Positions 1 through 7,539 of a stretch of 64,000 nucleotides of DNA are shown in pieces. The stretch's first letter is position 1. Every line of letters starts with the position of its first letter. The notes under the pieces were generated by a model. The model was given only the letters and a program-made list of their open reading frames with translations. It was not told the origin of the DNA and did no database searches. Both the position numbers and the translations under genes were made by a program. Source of the stretch: Candidatus Omnitrophota bacterium. GTDB lineage: Bacteria; Omnitrophota; Gorgyraeia; Gygaellales; Profunditerraquicolaceae. The DNA lies in assembly GCA_963805065.1 (NCBI GenBank), contig CAWDSS010000012.1:108174-172173 (forward strand), given 5' to 3'.

Positions 1-33
1 AACTCTCTTACTTCTTAAACGAGGGACAATATT

Positions 34-1032
34 TTACTCTTCCCTTTTCTCTCTCGTCATCAAATCCCTTACTGCCCTAAGAGGGGATTTATTTTTATAA
101 AGAACAAAATACACTTCTTTTGTTATCGGCATGTTTACTTTGTATTTTAAACTTAACAAATAAGCAGATTTGGCTGTAGGTATGCCTTCGGCAATCATCT
201 GCATATGAGATTGAATTTTACCCAAAGTTTTGCCTCTGCCTATCTGGATTCCCACAAATCTGTTGCGGCTATACGGGCTAACACATGTAGTTACCAGGTC
301 TCCTAGGCCGCTTATGCCGCTAAATGTATTTACTTTTGCTCCCATGGCTTGGCCTAAACGGGAAATCTCCGCTAAGCCTCTGGCTAATAAAGCAGCCAAA
401 CTATTTGTCCCGAATTTAAGCCCGTCAGAAATTCCACAGGCTATGGCAATAACATTTTTAAGGCTACCTCCCAACTCTACACCGATCACGTCGTCGTTAG
501 TATAAATCCTGAATCTTTCGGTCATAAAAACATTCTGCAGAAGAATTCTTAGCTTTCTATCGTTTGAAGCAATAACCGCTGTAGTAGGTAAACCTCTTGC
601 CACTTCATGGGCAATAGTCGGACCGGATAGAACTCCTAATCTTACATTACCCAGCTCTTCGTGTATTACCGAAGACATTCTCTTAAGGGAATTAGTTTCT
701 ATACCCTTGATTACGCTTAAGAACGCTGCATTACGATGGTAATCTGATATTTTAACTCTTTTCAAAACAGTTCGAAGGTGTTGTGAAGGGATTGCCAGGA
801 TTATTAATTTTTTATTACTTAGCGCGTGATTCAAATCAGCGGTAATCTCTAAATCCTTGGGTATTTTAATTCCCGGCAAGAATTTTGAATTCATGCGTTT
901 TTTGTTGAGTTGTGCAATATAACCGGGAAATGCTCCCCAAAGGCTTACGCGATAGCCTTTTTGAGAAAGCAATATCCCCAAAGTCGTCCCCCAACCTCCG
1001 TCGCCCAAAACAGCAATATCAAACCTCTCCAT
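34..1032 (-). CDS. gpsA: NAD(P)H-dependent glycerol-3-phosphate dehydrogenase
   Basis: ORF 34..1056 has the N-terminal Rossmann motif IAVLGDGGWGTTLG and is GpsA-like over its full length (GPTIAHEVARGLPT, GLGDLVTTC). Start moved to Met9 (1032): an AAGGA RBS lies upstream and the overlap with the PilZ gene stop at 1034 disappears. Confidence 0.9.
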   Translation of the reverse strand: MERFDIAVLGDGGWGTTLGILLSQKGYRVSLWGAFPGYIAQLNKKRMNSKFLPGIKIPKDLEITADLNHALSNKKLIILAIPSQHLRTVLKRVKISDYHRNAAFLSVIKGIETNSLKRMSSVIHEELGNVRLGVLSGPTIAHEVARGLPTTAVIASNDRKLRILLQNVFMTERFRIYTNDDVIGVELGGSLKNVIAIACGISDGLKFGTNSLAALLARGLAEISRLGQAMGAKVNTFSGISGLGDLVTTCVSPYSRNRFVGIQIGRGKTLGKIQSHMQMIAEGIPTAKSAYLLSLKYKVNMPITKEVYFVLYKNKSPLRAVRDLMTREKREE

Positions 1033-1033
1033 C

Positions 1034-1435
1034 TTATTCCTTATTGTTCTTATCAAGAAAATGCACCTTGGGATATATATGCGTCAGATTTTCTTCTTCC
1101 CGAGTAATGAACTGTATGCCTATATCATAATCGCCTAAATCCTTAGGCTCGATTCGCACTACTTTGCCAATAATGCCATTTTGATAAATCAAAGCCCTTT
1201 TCTCCAACTCTTCGCAGATAATCAACGTTGCCCGGTCAAAAGATAACCATAAAATATCGTCTTTATTAACCTTGTCTTTTATACTACAGAGAAGCCCGGC
1301 TTCGCTTACATCGGAGGTGTAACCTTGCAATAGTTTTAAGAGGGTCTCTTTTTTACAAACTTTGTAATCTAGCGGCGTAGAGTAATCCAGCCTGACGAAT
1401 TTCCTGCGCTCAACACCCGTAAATTCCTGCGTCAT
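1034..1435 (-). CDS. PilZ domain protein (c-di-GMP receptor family)
   Basis: 133 aa. Both PilZ signatures are present: RRKFVR (RRxxxR) near the N-terminus and DVSEAG (DxSxxG) about 30 aa later. Confidence 0.7.
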   Translation of the reverse strand: MTQEFTGVERRKFVRLDYSTPLDYKVCKKETLLKLLQGYTSDVSEAGLLCSIKDKVNKDDILWLSFDRATLIICEELEKRALIYQNGIIGKVVRIEPKDLGDYDIGIQFITREEENLTHIYPKVHFLDKNNKE

Positions 1436-2202
1436 TTTGACTGCTCCTGTTTAATTAATACAGATGGATTCTGTTTATTTGTGCGTAATTTGGCAAGGTC
1501 CCATGCATAATCATAAAGATGCAAGCCTTTGCTGACGGCAACAATTTCCCCGTCTTCAACGCCAATTTCTTGAGCCATATATTGCTTTACCAATTCCAGG
1601 CCCCCTAGATTAGACGGAAAACCGCCCCACAAATCCCAGGAACGAAAGTACAAAATGAAATGTAGTTTTCCGTAACGGACCCTTGTGTCTATGATTCTTA
1701 AACACGGCGGATCCACTAATTTAATATCCGAGGGCATGCCGATTTCCATGGTTGCCTGATTCGTACCGAACCCTTTTTCTTTGTACAGCTTGATTACCTC
1801 TTCAACCTGATTTACATTTAGGGGCATCTCATGAATCATATCTTTTCCATCGATTTTCTGGCTTATCTTAACCTTTGGATCGACTAGCCTCTCCCCGTAA
1901 GTGTAGTCTTCAGTTTGAGTCTTTGTGCCGGTAAGAAGATAGCTCAGATACCCTTGTATGTAATCCATATCCGTGGGAGCAGGTATACTCATGCCTTCAG
2001 GGATTATAGGTATAATCTGATGGCTGGGTTTTCTTACTCTAACAGTCACAAAATCAAATTCCAGCCGCTTCTGCCCCTCATAGCTTCCTTTAGTTATGGT
2101 ATAAACATGCCCCTTATCCAGGATACTAGATAAGCACTGAAACCATGCATCATCTAAATCAAAGGCATCAATAAAAACCGGCTTTAAAAATTCTTCTGGC
2201 AT
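1432..2202 (-). CDS. thymidylate synthase family protein, archaeal (methanogen)-type
   Basis: ORF 1432..2283 trimmed to Met28 (2202), directly after the stop of the upstream receiver gene (2204). It has the ThyA-like catalytic Cys block PPCLRIID plus FRSWDLWGGFPSNL and GLHLYD. These blocks look like archaeal ThyA rather than canonical bacterial ThyA. Confidence 0.6.
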   Translation of the reverse strand: MPEEFLKPVFIDAFDLDDAWFQCLSSILDKGHVYTITKGSYEGQKRLEFDFVTVRVRKPSHQIIPIIPEGMSIPAPTDMDYIQGYLSYLLTGTKTQTEDYTYGERLVDPKVKISQKIDGKDMIHEMPLNVNQVEEVIKLYKEKGFGTNQATMEIGMPSDIKLVDPPCLRIIDTRVRYGKLHFILYFRSWDLWGGFPSNLGGLELVKQYMAQEIGVEDGEIVAVSKGLHLYDYAWDLAKLRTNKQNPSVLIKQEQSK

Positions 2203-2203
2203 A

Positions 2204-2587
2204 TTAACCCTCGGTTTCTCCGGCGGCTTGCGCGAACATCCTGAAATTAGCCATAATTTCGGATGTGGGCAGGTTCTTGGCAATATATCCGGAACAACCC
2301 GCCTGTTTAGATTTTTCTATTAAATCTTCATCAAATCCGAATCCTGTAGTCATGATAACAACTGACTTCGGTTTTATTTCTTTTATTTTTTTCAAAGCAT
2401 CCAGCCCGCTCATGCCGGAAAGTTTAATATCCAAAAGTACGATATCAAAATCCTCCTTCTCAATTATACTTATTGCTTCTTCTCCGCTTGAAGCGACCTG
2501 CACAGAATGCTTTTCTTTTAAAAGTAAATCTTTTAATAAATCCCTGACTGATGACTCATCGTCCACAACCAAAACTTTATAAGGCAT
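2204..2587 (-). CDS. response regulator, receiver domain only (CheY-like)
   Basis: VLVVDDE, phospho-acceptor Asp in VLLDIKLSGMSG, conserved T (MTTGF) and K (YIAKN). No output domain. Confidence 0.85.
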   Translation of the reverse strand: MPYKVLVVDDESSVRDLLKDLLLKEKHSVQVASSGEEAISIIEKEDFDIVLLDIKLSGMSGLDALKKIKEIKPKSVVIMTTGFGFDEDLIEKSKQAGCSGYIAKNLPTSEIMANFRMFAQAAGETEG

Positions 2588-2593
2588 CCTTTT

Positions 2594-4054
2594 TTAGGCA
2601 AAGGGCAGCTTAATAATAAAAGTGGTGCCCTTACCTACCTGGCTTTCAACATCGATGATACCGTTATGGTTTCTAATGATATTAAAACAAATGGATAACC
2701 CGAGGCCAGTACCGTCTTTTTTTGTGGAAAAAAAGGGCATAAACACGTTTTTCAGGTTTTGCTCTGCGATTCCGCAGCCTGTATCGCTTATCTGTACCTG
2801 GGCAAATAAATTCTGAAAGTTCTTCGTTTTTATGGTCAACGTCCCTCCGGTTTCTGACATTGACTGGTATGCGTTAATGCACAAATTTACGAAAACTTCC
2901 TGAAGCTGATTTACGTCTCCCTTGATGGGAGGAAGATTATTTTGGAATTCTTTATTTATGTAAATCTGGGCGGTTGGCAATTTATGATAAGACAATAACG
3001 GCAATACACCCTCTATTATATCGTTTAGGTTTATAGCTTCAAATTTAGGAGGTGTCTTACGTGAAAATTTAAGCAGCTGGTCCACTAATTTCCGGATTCT
3101 ACTTGCCTGAGAATTAATTACTTCCAGCGTCTGCCTTACCGGATCAGGGATACCTTTTTCATCGAGCATCATCTCAATTCTTCCCGAAATCACAAACAAA
3201 GGATTGTTTATTTCATGGGCCATCCCCGCTGCCAATTGCCCGATGGCAGCCATTTTTTCGGATTGAATTATCTGATATTCGAGTTTCTTACGTTCCGTAA
3301 TATCTTTTGCTATAAAAATATAACCTGCTAACCTGCCCTCGTTATCCAGGAATTTATTTACGGTTAAAATCACAGGGAACGACTGGCTGTCTTTTTTGAT
3401 TAAATCTATCTCTGTCTCGTATTGGCCGGTGTTTCTGACCTGCTCCAGGATAAAGGGGAGCTTATTGCCGGCATCATCTTTTAAATGCAACAGGTTAACA
3501 TTCTTAAAAATAATTTCGTTCTTCTGCCATCCGAACATTATTTCTGAACCCATGCCAAAATACGTAATATTACCATCGAGATTTGCCACGTATAATGCGT
3601 ATTCCTTGATACTGGTAAAAATATTTTTGAGAGTTTCATCTATCTTTTTTAGGGAGGCTTCTCTCTCAATGGACTCGGTTATGTCGTTACCTACCAACAA
3701 AATCCCTTCAAGGTCTTTAGCTTGGGTCAATACGGGAGTTATACTCCAGGAAATTAATCGCTCGAGTTTGTCCTGATCCGTAAATATTCCTTCAAAATTA
3801 TTGGGCCTTTTATAGGCTATGGAATCGTCCATTATCGCCTTGAACATCTGATGCTTTACGGGGGAATTATTATCGCCGTATAAAACATGAAGCCAATTCT
3901 TGCCCATAAGCTCATTCTTACTTTTTCGGGAGAGGGTTTCTACCTTTTTATTACACATAAGCACGTTACCTGAAACGTCTGAATAGATAACAAACACATT
4001 GGCTTCATCAATTACACGATTTACAAAATCAGGTGTTCTATTGGAAAAATCCAT
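2594..4054 (-). CDS. PAS-domain sensor histidine kinase (cytoplasmic)
   Basis: Two PAS-like segments. H-box MAHEINNPL, N-box NLCINAYQS, G-boxes DTGCGI and GTGLGLS. No TM segment visible. Confidence 0.85.
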   Translation of the reverse strand: MDFSNRTPDFVNRVIDEANVFVIYSDVSGNVLMCNKKVETLSRKSKNELMGKNWLHVLYGDNNSPVKHQMFKAIMDDSIAYKRPNNFEGIFTDQDKLERLISWSITPVLTQAKDLEGILLVGNDITESIEREASLKKIDETLKNIFTSIKEYALYVANLDGNITYFGMGSEIMFGWQKNEIIFKNVNLLHLKDDAGNKLPFILEQVRNTGQYETEIDLIKKDSQSFPVILTVNKFLDNEGRLAGYIFIAKDITERKKLEYQIIQSEKMAAIGQLAAGMAHEINNPLFVISGRIEMMLDEKGIPDPVRQTLEVINSQASRIRKLVDQLLKFSRKTPPKFEAINLNDIIEGVLPLLSYHKLPTAQIYINKEFQNNLPPIKGDVNQLQEVFVNLCINAYQSMSETGGTLTIKTKNFQNLFAQVQISDTGCGIAEQNLKNVFMPFFSTKKDGTGLGLSICFNIIRNHNGIIDVESQVGKGTTFIIKLPFA

Positions 4055-4079
4055 TTTTCCTCCCTAACTTGGTTCTATC

Positions 4080-4102
4080 TGGAGCGAGCGATCGGAAATC
4101 GC
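4080..4102 (-). repeat. duplicated 3' end of tRNA-Gly(TCC), with encoded CCA
   Basis: The minus strand reads GATTTCCGATCGCTCGCTCCA. The 3' end of the intact tRNA-Gly at 4205 reads GATTCCGATCGCTCGCT, so this is a near-copy. No upstream tRNA body. Confidence 0.6.
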
Positions 4103-4107
4103 TTAAA

Positions 4108-4144
4108 AGCGGGCAACGGGACTCGAACCCGTGTAGGTAGCTTG
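4108..4144 (-). pseudogene. tRNA 3'-half remnant (anticodon-loop break point, T arm, acceptor strand)
   Basis: The minus strand reads CAAGCTAC-CTACA-CGGGTTCGAGTCCCG-TTGCCCGC-T, colinear with the 3' half of tRNA-Gly from the anticodon loop onward. No matching 5' acceptor strand or D arm upstream. Confidence 0.5.
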
Positions 4145-4204
4145 TCCCGCTGTATCATTTTAGTTCGCCAGCGGGATCCCGCCATCCATATTAAAACTCC
4201 TCAG

Positions 4205-4275
4205 AGCGAGCGATCGGAATCGAACCGACATATATAGCTTGGAAGGCTATTGTTCTACCATTGAACTACGCTCGC
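4205..4275 (-). tRNA. tRNA-Gly (anticodon TCC)
   Basis: Hand-folded cloverleaf, 71 nt: GCGAGCG-TA-GTTC/GAAC D arm, ATAGC-CTTCCAA-GCTAT anticodon arm, GTCGG-TTCGATT-CCGAT T arm, CGCTCGC-T. CCA not encoded. Confidence 0.9.
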
Positions 4276-4299
4276 AACAAACTCTTGCTAAAGGCGGGA

Positions 4300-4335
4300 G
4301 AAGGCTATTGTTCTGCCATTGAACTACACCCACGC
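4300..4335 (-). pseudogene. tRNA 5'-half remnant (acceptor, D arm, 5' anticodon stem; breaks in anticodon loop)
   Basis: The minus strand reads GCGTGGGTGTAGTTCAATGGCAGAACAATAGCCTTC and then diverges. It is near-identical to the 5' half of the adjacent tRNA-Gly apart from the acceptor stem. No T arm follows. Confidence 0.5.
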
Positions 4336-4427
4336 TACCTAGCGCGCTGCCTGCGCAATACCAATCTGCGTCGGGCGCTGCAAATTCCATTTACCCCTTG
4401 TCGGGGCGTTTAACGTTCGCTCTAGTG

Positions 4428-4462
4428 CCATTAAAATTTTCCTTGTCGGAAAATTTTAATGG
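4428..4462 (-). other. perfect 15-bp hairpin abutting the 3' end of tRNA-Tyr
   Basis: ccattaaaattttcc-ttgtc-ggaaaattttaatgg. One arm overlaps the last bases of tRNA-Tyr. No U-tract follows, so it is more likely a processing or structural element than a classical terminator. Confidence 0.45.
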
Positions 4463-4542
4463 GCAGGAGAGGATTCGAACCTCTGAAGCACAGGTGCAGC
4501 AGATTTACAGTCTGCCCCCTTTGGCCACTTGGGTACCTGCCC
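4460..4542 (-). tRNA. tRNA-Tyr (anticodon GTA), long variable arm
   Basis: The minus strand reads GGGCAGGTACCCAAGTGGCCAAAGGGGGCAGACTGTAAATCTGC...GGTTCGAATCCTCTCCTGCCC-A. The anticodon loop is CTGTAAA. Confidence 0.9.
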
Positions 4543-4656
4543 TATGTCAAACTTAAAATGTAAAAGCAAAAAGGTAAAAGTTCAAGTTAAAATTAAAAAG
4601 TTTTCACTTTTTACTTATACTTTTTACTTTTGGCTTTTTACTTTTAACTTTTAAAA

Positions 4657-4728
4657 AGCTGGCGAAAGGAATCGAACCTTCAACCCTCGGTTTACAAAAC
4701 CGATGCGCTGCCGTTGCGCCACGCCAGC
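4657..4728 (-). tRNA. tRNA-Thr (anticodon TGT)
   Basis: The minus strand reads GCTGGCGTGGCGCAACGGCAGCGCATCGGTTTTGTAAACCGAGGGTTGAAGGTTCGATTCCTTTCGCCAGC. The anticodon loop is TTTGTAA. Confidence 0.9.
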
Positions 4729-4732
4729 AAGT

Positions 4733-5596
4733 TTAACTACACCTCTTAATCGCCTCTGGAATTTTAGCAATAATATCCGAGGCAATCAAGGAAATTTGCG
4801 ACTTTTGCTTTGCGGCTAAATCTCCTGCCAAACCGTGCAGATATACGCCATATTTTGCCGCATCAAACGCGCTTAAACCTTGACTCAAAAAAGCGCTGAT
4901 AATCCCTGTCAGCACATCACCGCTTCCTGCTGTAGCCATACCCGGATTACCGGTTTTATTTATATATAAATTCCCTTTATAATCTGCAACTACTGTATTA
5001 TGCCCTTTTAAAACTAAAATTATTTTGTGTCTGCGAGAAAAATTCCTGGCAATCTTTATTCTATCATTCTGAACTTTATTTACGGAAATGCCTGTAAGCC
5101 GGGCCATTTCTCCGGGATGTGGAGTTAATATGGCTTCCTTGTTTTCAGTTTTTGGTTCTCGTAAAATATTTAGGTGTCCTGCCAACGCATTTAAACCATC
5201 GGCATCAATAACCAAAGGCTTATCTATTGCCTTTATTAACTTGCGCACTAAAGATTGGGTTGACTTTTGCCTTCCTAATCCCGGCCCTAATACAAATACA
5301 TCTACATTCTTCGCGAAGTCTTTTATTTTTTTAAATCCCGCAAGGCTTGAGTTTCCTTCTCTTGTTTCAGGAAGAGGCAATAACATTACTTCCTTTAATT
5401 TAATTTTTACAAAGGCTTGTGCCACAATTTTGGGAACCCCTAAAGTCAATAGGCCCGCGCCTGAGCGCATAGCTGCCTGCGTACTTAGAAGAGCTGCCCC
5501 GGAATATCTCAAAGAACCGGCTAAAATAAAAATATGCCCGAAATCGCCTTTATTTGCATCAAGGTTTCTGCGTAATAATTGCATTGGCAACTGCAT
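4733..5596 (-). CDS. nnrD: ADP-dependent NAD(P)H-hydrate dehydratase (YjeF C-terminal type)
   Basis: KGDFGHIFILAGS, VIDADGLN, GNPGMATAGSGDVLTG. Carbohydrate-kinase fold of the Nnr family. Confidence 0.85.
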   Translation of the reverse strand: MQLPMQLLRRNLDANKGDFGHIFILAGSLRYSGAALLSTQAAMRSGAGLLTLGVPKIVAQAFVKIKLKEVMLLPLPETREGNSSLAGFKKIKDFAKNVDVFVLGPGLGRQKSTQSLVRKLIKAIDKPLVIDADGLNALAGHLNILREPKTENKEAILTPHPGEMARLTGISVNKVQNDRIKIARNFSRRHKIILVLKGHNTVVADYKGNLYINKTGNPGMATAGSGDVLTGIISAFLSQGLSAFDAAKYGVYLHGLAGDLAAKQKSQISLIASDIIAKIPEAIKRCS

Positions 5597-5924
5597 AATT
5601 TTTTACATGTGAAATAGAAATCAAAACTGCAATCCGCTTGTCCTTATTGCTCCTGATACTGCAGAAGGGCTTTCCTTCCTTGTCATTTAGAATCTGTACT
5701 TCTTTCCAATTTAATTTCGAATCACCCAATGCCTTGAATACCGCCTCTTTGGCGGCGAACCTTCCGGCCAAGTGTTGATAAGGGCTGCCTCTTGTCTTGG
5801 CATTATCCAATTCTTCTTTTGTAAAAATCCGCGCTAGAAACGAATCTCCCCATTTTTCTACAGCCTTACGCAAACGGCTCACTTCAGTGATATCCACTCC
5901 TGTACCGATTATCTTAACGCCCAT
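5559..5924 (-). CDS. acpS: holo-[acyl-carrier-protein] synthase
   Basis: 121 aa. GTGVDITEV, HLAGRFAAKEAVFKALG, ISISH. Confidence 0.9.
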   Translation of the reverse strand: MGVKIIGTGVDITEVSRLRKAVEKWGDSFLARIFTKEELDNAKTRGSPYQHLAGRFAAKEAVFKALGDSKLNWKEVQILNDKEGKPFCSIRSNKDKRIAVLISISHVKNYAVANAIITQKP

Positions 5925-6636
5925 TTATCAAACTCTTCATTTCGCAAACCGCGCGCTCTAAGCCTACCAGTGCCGCGCGGCAAACTATGGAATAACCGAT
6001 ATTCAATTCCTCAATTGCCGGAATCCCGGCAATTCTTTCTACGTTATAATAATTCAATCCATGGCCGGCAAAAACCTTAAATCCTCTTTTTTTAGCGTAA
6101 TTGGCTGCTAACTGTAGTTGTTTAAAATATTTATCTTCCTCTCTTTCGTTAGCCGCGTCAGCGTAGCGCCCCGTATGCAACTCTAACATTTTAACGCCTA
6201 TTTTTCTTGAAGCATCTATTTGTTTTTTGTCAGGATCAATGAATAAACTTACATCTATTTTGTTGTCCTTTAGTCTATCCAGGACTTTTTTTATTCTTTT
6301 AAAATTTGCTATTACGTCTAAACCGCCTTCTGTGGTTATTTCCTGCCTTTTTTCCGGGACAAGAGTCGCCTGATCTGGCTTGACCTTGCAGGCAATATCA
6401 ATGATACCTTGCGCAATAGACATCTCTAAATTTAACTTTTTTTTAACAATTTTTTTCAGGATATATAAATCAGTATCCTGGATATGCCTGCGGTCTTCGC
6501 GTAAATGCACTACAATACTATCTGCTCCTGCTGCTTGGCAAATTAAAGCGGCAAACACCGGTTCAGGATCAATACCCTGCCTTATTTCTCTTATGGTCGC
6601 TATGTGATCAATGTTAACGCCAAGCTTAGGAATCAT
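5914..6636 (-). CDS. pdxJ: pyridoxine 5'-phosphate synthase
   Basis: LGVNIDHIATIR, HLREDRRHI, LELHTGRYA, GHGLNY. Confidence 0.9.
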   Translation of the reverse strand: MIPKLGVNIDHIATIREIRQGIDPEPVFAALICQAAGADSIVVHLREDRRHIQDTDLYILKKIVKKKLNLEMSIAQGIIDIACKVKPDQATLVPEKRQEITTEGGLDVIANFKRIKKVLDRLKDNKIDVSLFIDPDKKQIDASRKIGVKMLELHTGRYADAANEREEDKYFKQLQLAANYAKKRGFKVFAGHGLNYYNVERIAGIPAIEELNIGYSIVCRAALVGLERAVCEMKSLINGR

Positions 6637-6776
6637 CAGTAGTTGAACCTGCTTATTTCGCCCCTGACATAGAACCAGGTAGCTACCGCTAAAATAAGCG
6701 AAATGAGTTTAAGCCAGGGATGATGCGAAAACGCATGCTTAATTCTATAGCTAAGCGTAACTTTTTGTTTAGTCAT
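6636..6776 (-). CDS. 46-aa membrane peptide resembling the N-terminal anchor of CdaR/YbbR (not in supplied ORF track)
   Basis: MTKQKVTLSYRIKHAFSHHPWLKLISLILAVATWFYVRGEISRFNY. The ATG overlaps the cdaA stop (ATGACTAA) and the TGA overlaps the pdxJ ATG (TGATG). One TM helix sits in the position where cdaR follows cdaA in other bacteria. Confidence 0.45.
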   Translation of the reverse strand: MTKQKVTLSYRIKHAFSHHPWLKLISLILAVATWFYVRGEISRFNY

Positions 6777-7539
6777 TTTCTTTCTTGCGCTTTAAAAAAT
6801 CTTTAGCCCTCATGAGTAGTTCCTCGCGGCCAAGGTCTTTATATAATTTTCCCCGGTAGACCAGAGAAATATCCCTTCTTTCCTCTGAAACTATAATAAT
6901 CAAGGCGTCTGTCTCTTCGCTTAACCCTAATGCCGCACGATGCCTGGTACCGAATATACGGCTTAAATCCTGATTTTGAGTAAGAGGGAATAAACAACCC
7001 GCAGCCAAAATCCTGCCGTTTTGTATAATTAAACCTCCGTCATGTAAAGGATTATTAGGCGTAAAAATTGCTTCTATTAAATCAGCTGAAACCCGGCTGT
7101 CGATAGTGTCTCCGCTTTCCAGGTATGCTGACAAAGGATCATTTTTTTCTATGGCAATAAGCGCGCCGAGTTTCTCTTTTGATAAATTTTCTGCTGCCTC
7201 GATGATTTCCAAAAGCATGCGGTCCAGCTCCTCTTCGCGTAAAGTAGCGCCAAATAAATGGCGTTGGCCCAGCCTTGCCAAGCCCTGCCTTATTTCCGGA
7301 TGAAAAATAATTAAAATCGCAATAATAGAAATTCCGAATAGTTTATTAAGCAGCCAATCCAGGACCTGGAAACTCAATTTCTCAAACACCAAAAACGCTA
7401 CCAATAAAATTATTATTCCGCGCAAAACATGTATTGCGCGCGTGCCTTCAAAAAAGAGCATTATATGGTAAATCACAAACCAGAGTGTCGCTATCTCGAA
7501 TAAAGGCTTCCATAAATAGAGGATATTTGTCAAGTTCAT
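6769..7539 (-). CDS. cdaA: diadenylate cyclase (c-di-AMP synthase), membrane-anchored
   Basis: Three N-terminal TM helices plus a DAC domain with LHDGGLII and GTRHRAALGLSEETDALIIIVSEE. Confidence 0.9.
   Translation of the reverse strand: MNLTNILYLWKPLFEIATLWFVIYHIMLFFEGTRAIHVLRGIIILLVAFLVFEKLSFQVLDWLLNKLFGISIIAILIIFHPEIRQGLARLGQRHLFGATLREEELDRMLLEIIEAAENLSKEKLGALIAIEKNDPLSAYLESGDTIDSRVSADLIEAIFTPNNPLHDGGLIIQNGRILAAGCLFPLTQNQDLSRIFGTRHRAALGLSEETDALIIIVSEERRDISLVYRGKLYKDLGREELLMRAKDFLKRKKEND

Noticed and set aside
4080-4200. Fourth tRNA (Thr-GGT) and tuf gene expected after Thr-Tyr-Gly
   Set aside because: No cloverleaf can be folded: the acceptor strands do not pair and there is no D arm. 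The next gene is a histidine kinase, not tuf. Recorded as tRNA fragments instead.
4055-4732. Integrated prophage or genomic island at the tRNA loci (also at 12422..12839)
   Set aside because: No integrase, excisionase or phage genes are adjacent. The fragments lie within 100-250 nt of the intact tRNAs, so at most they are scars of past events.
5088-5612. 174-aa plus-strand ORF
   Set aside because: Antisense to nnrD/acpS. No recognisable domain and no RBS. Shadow ORF.
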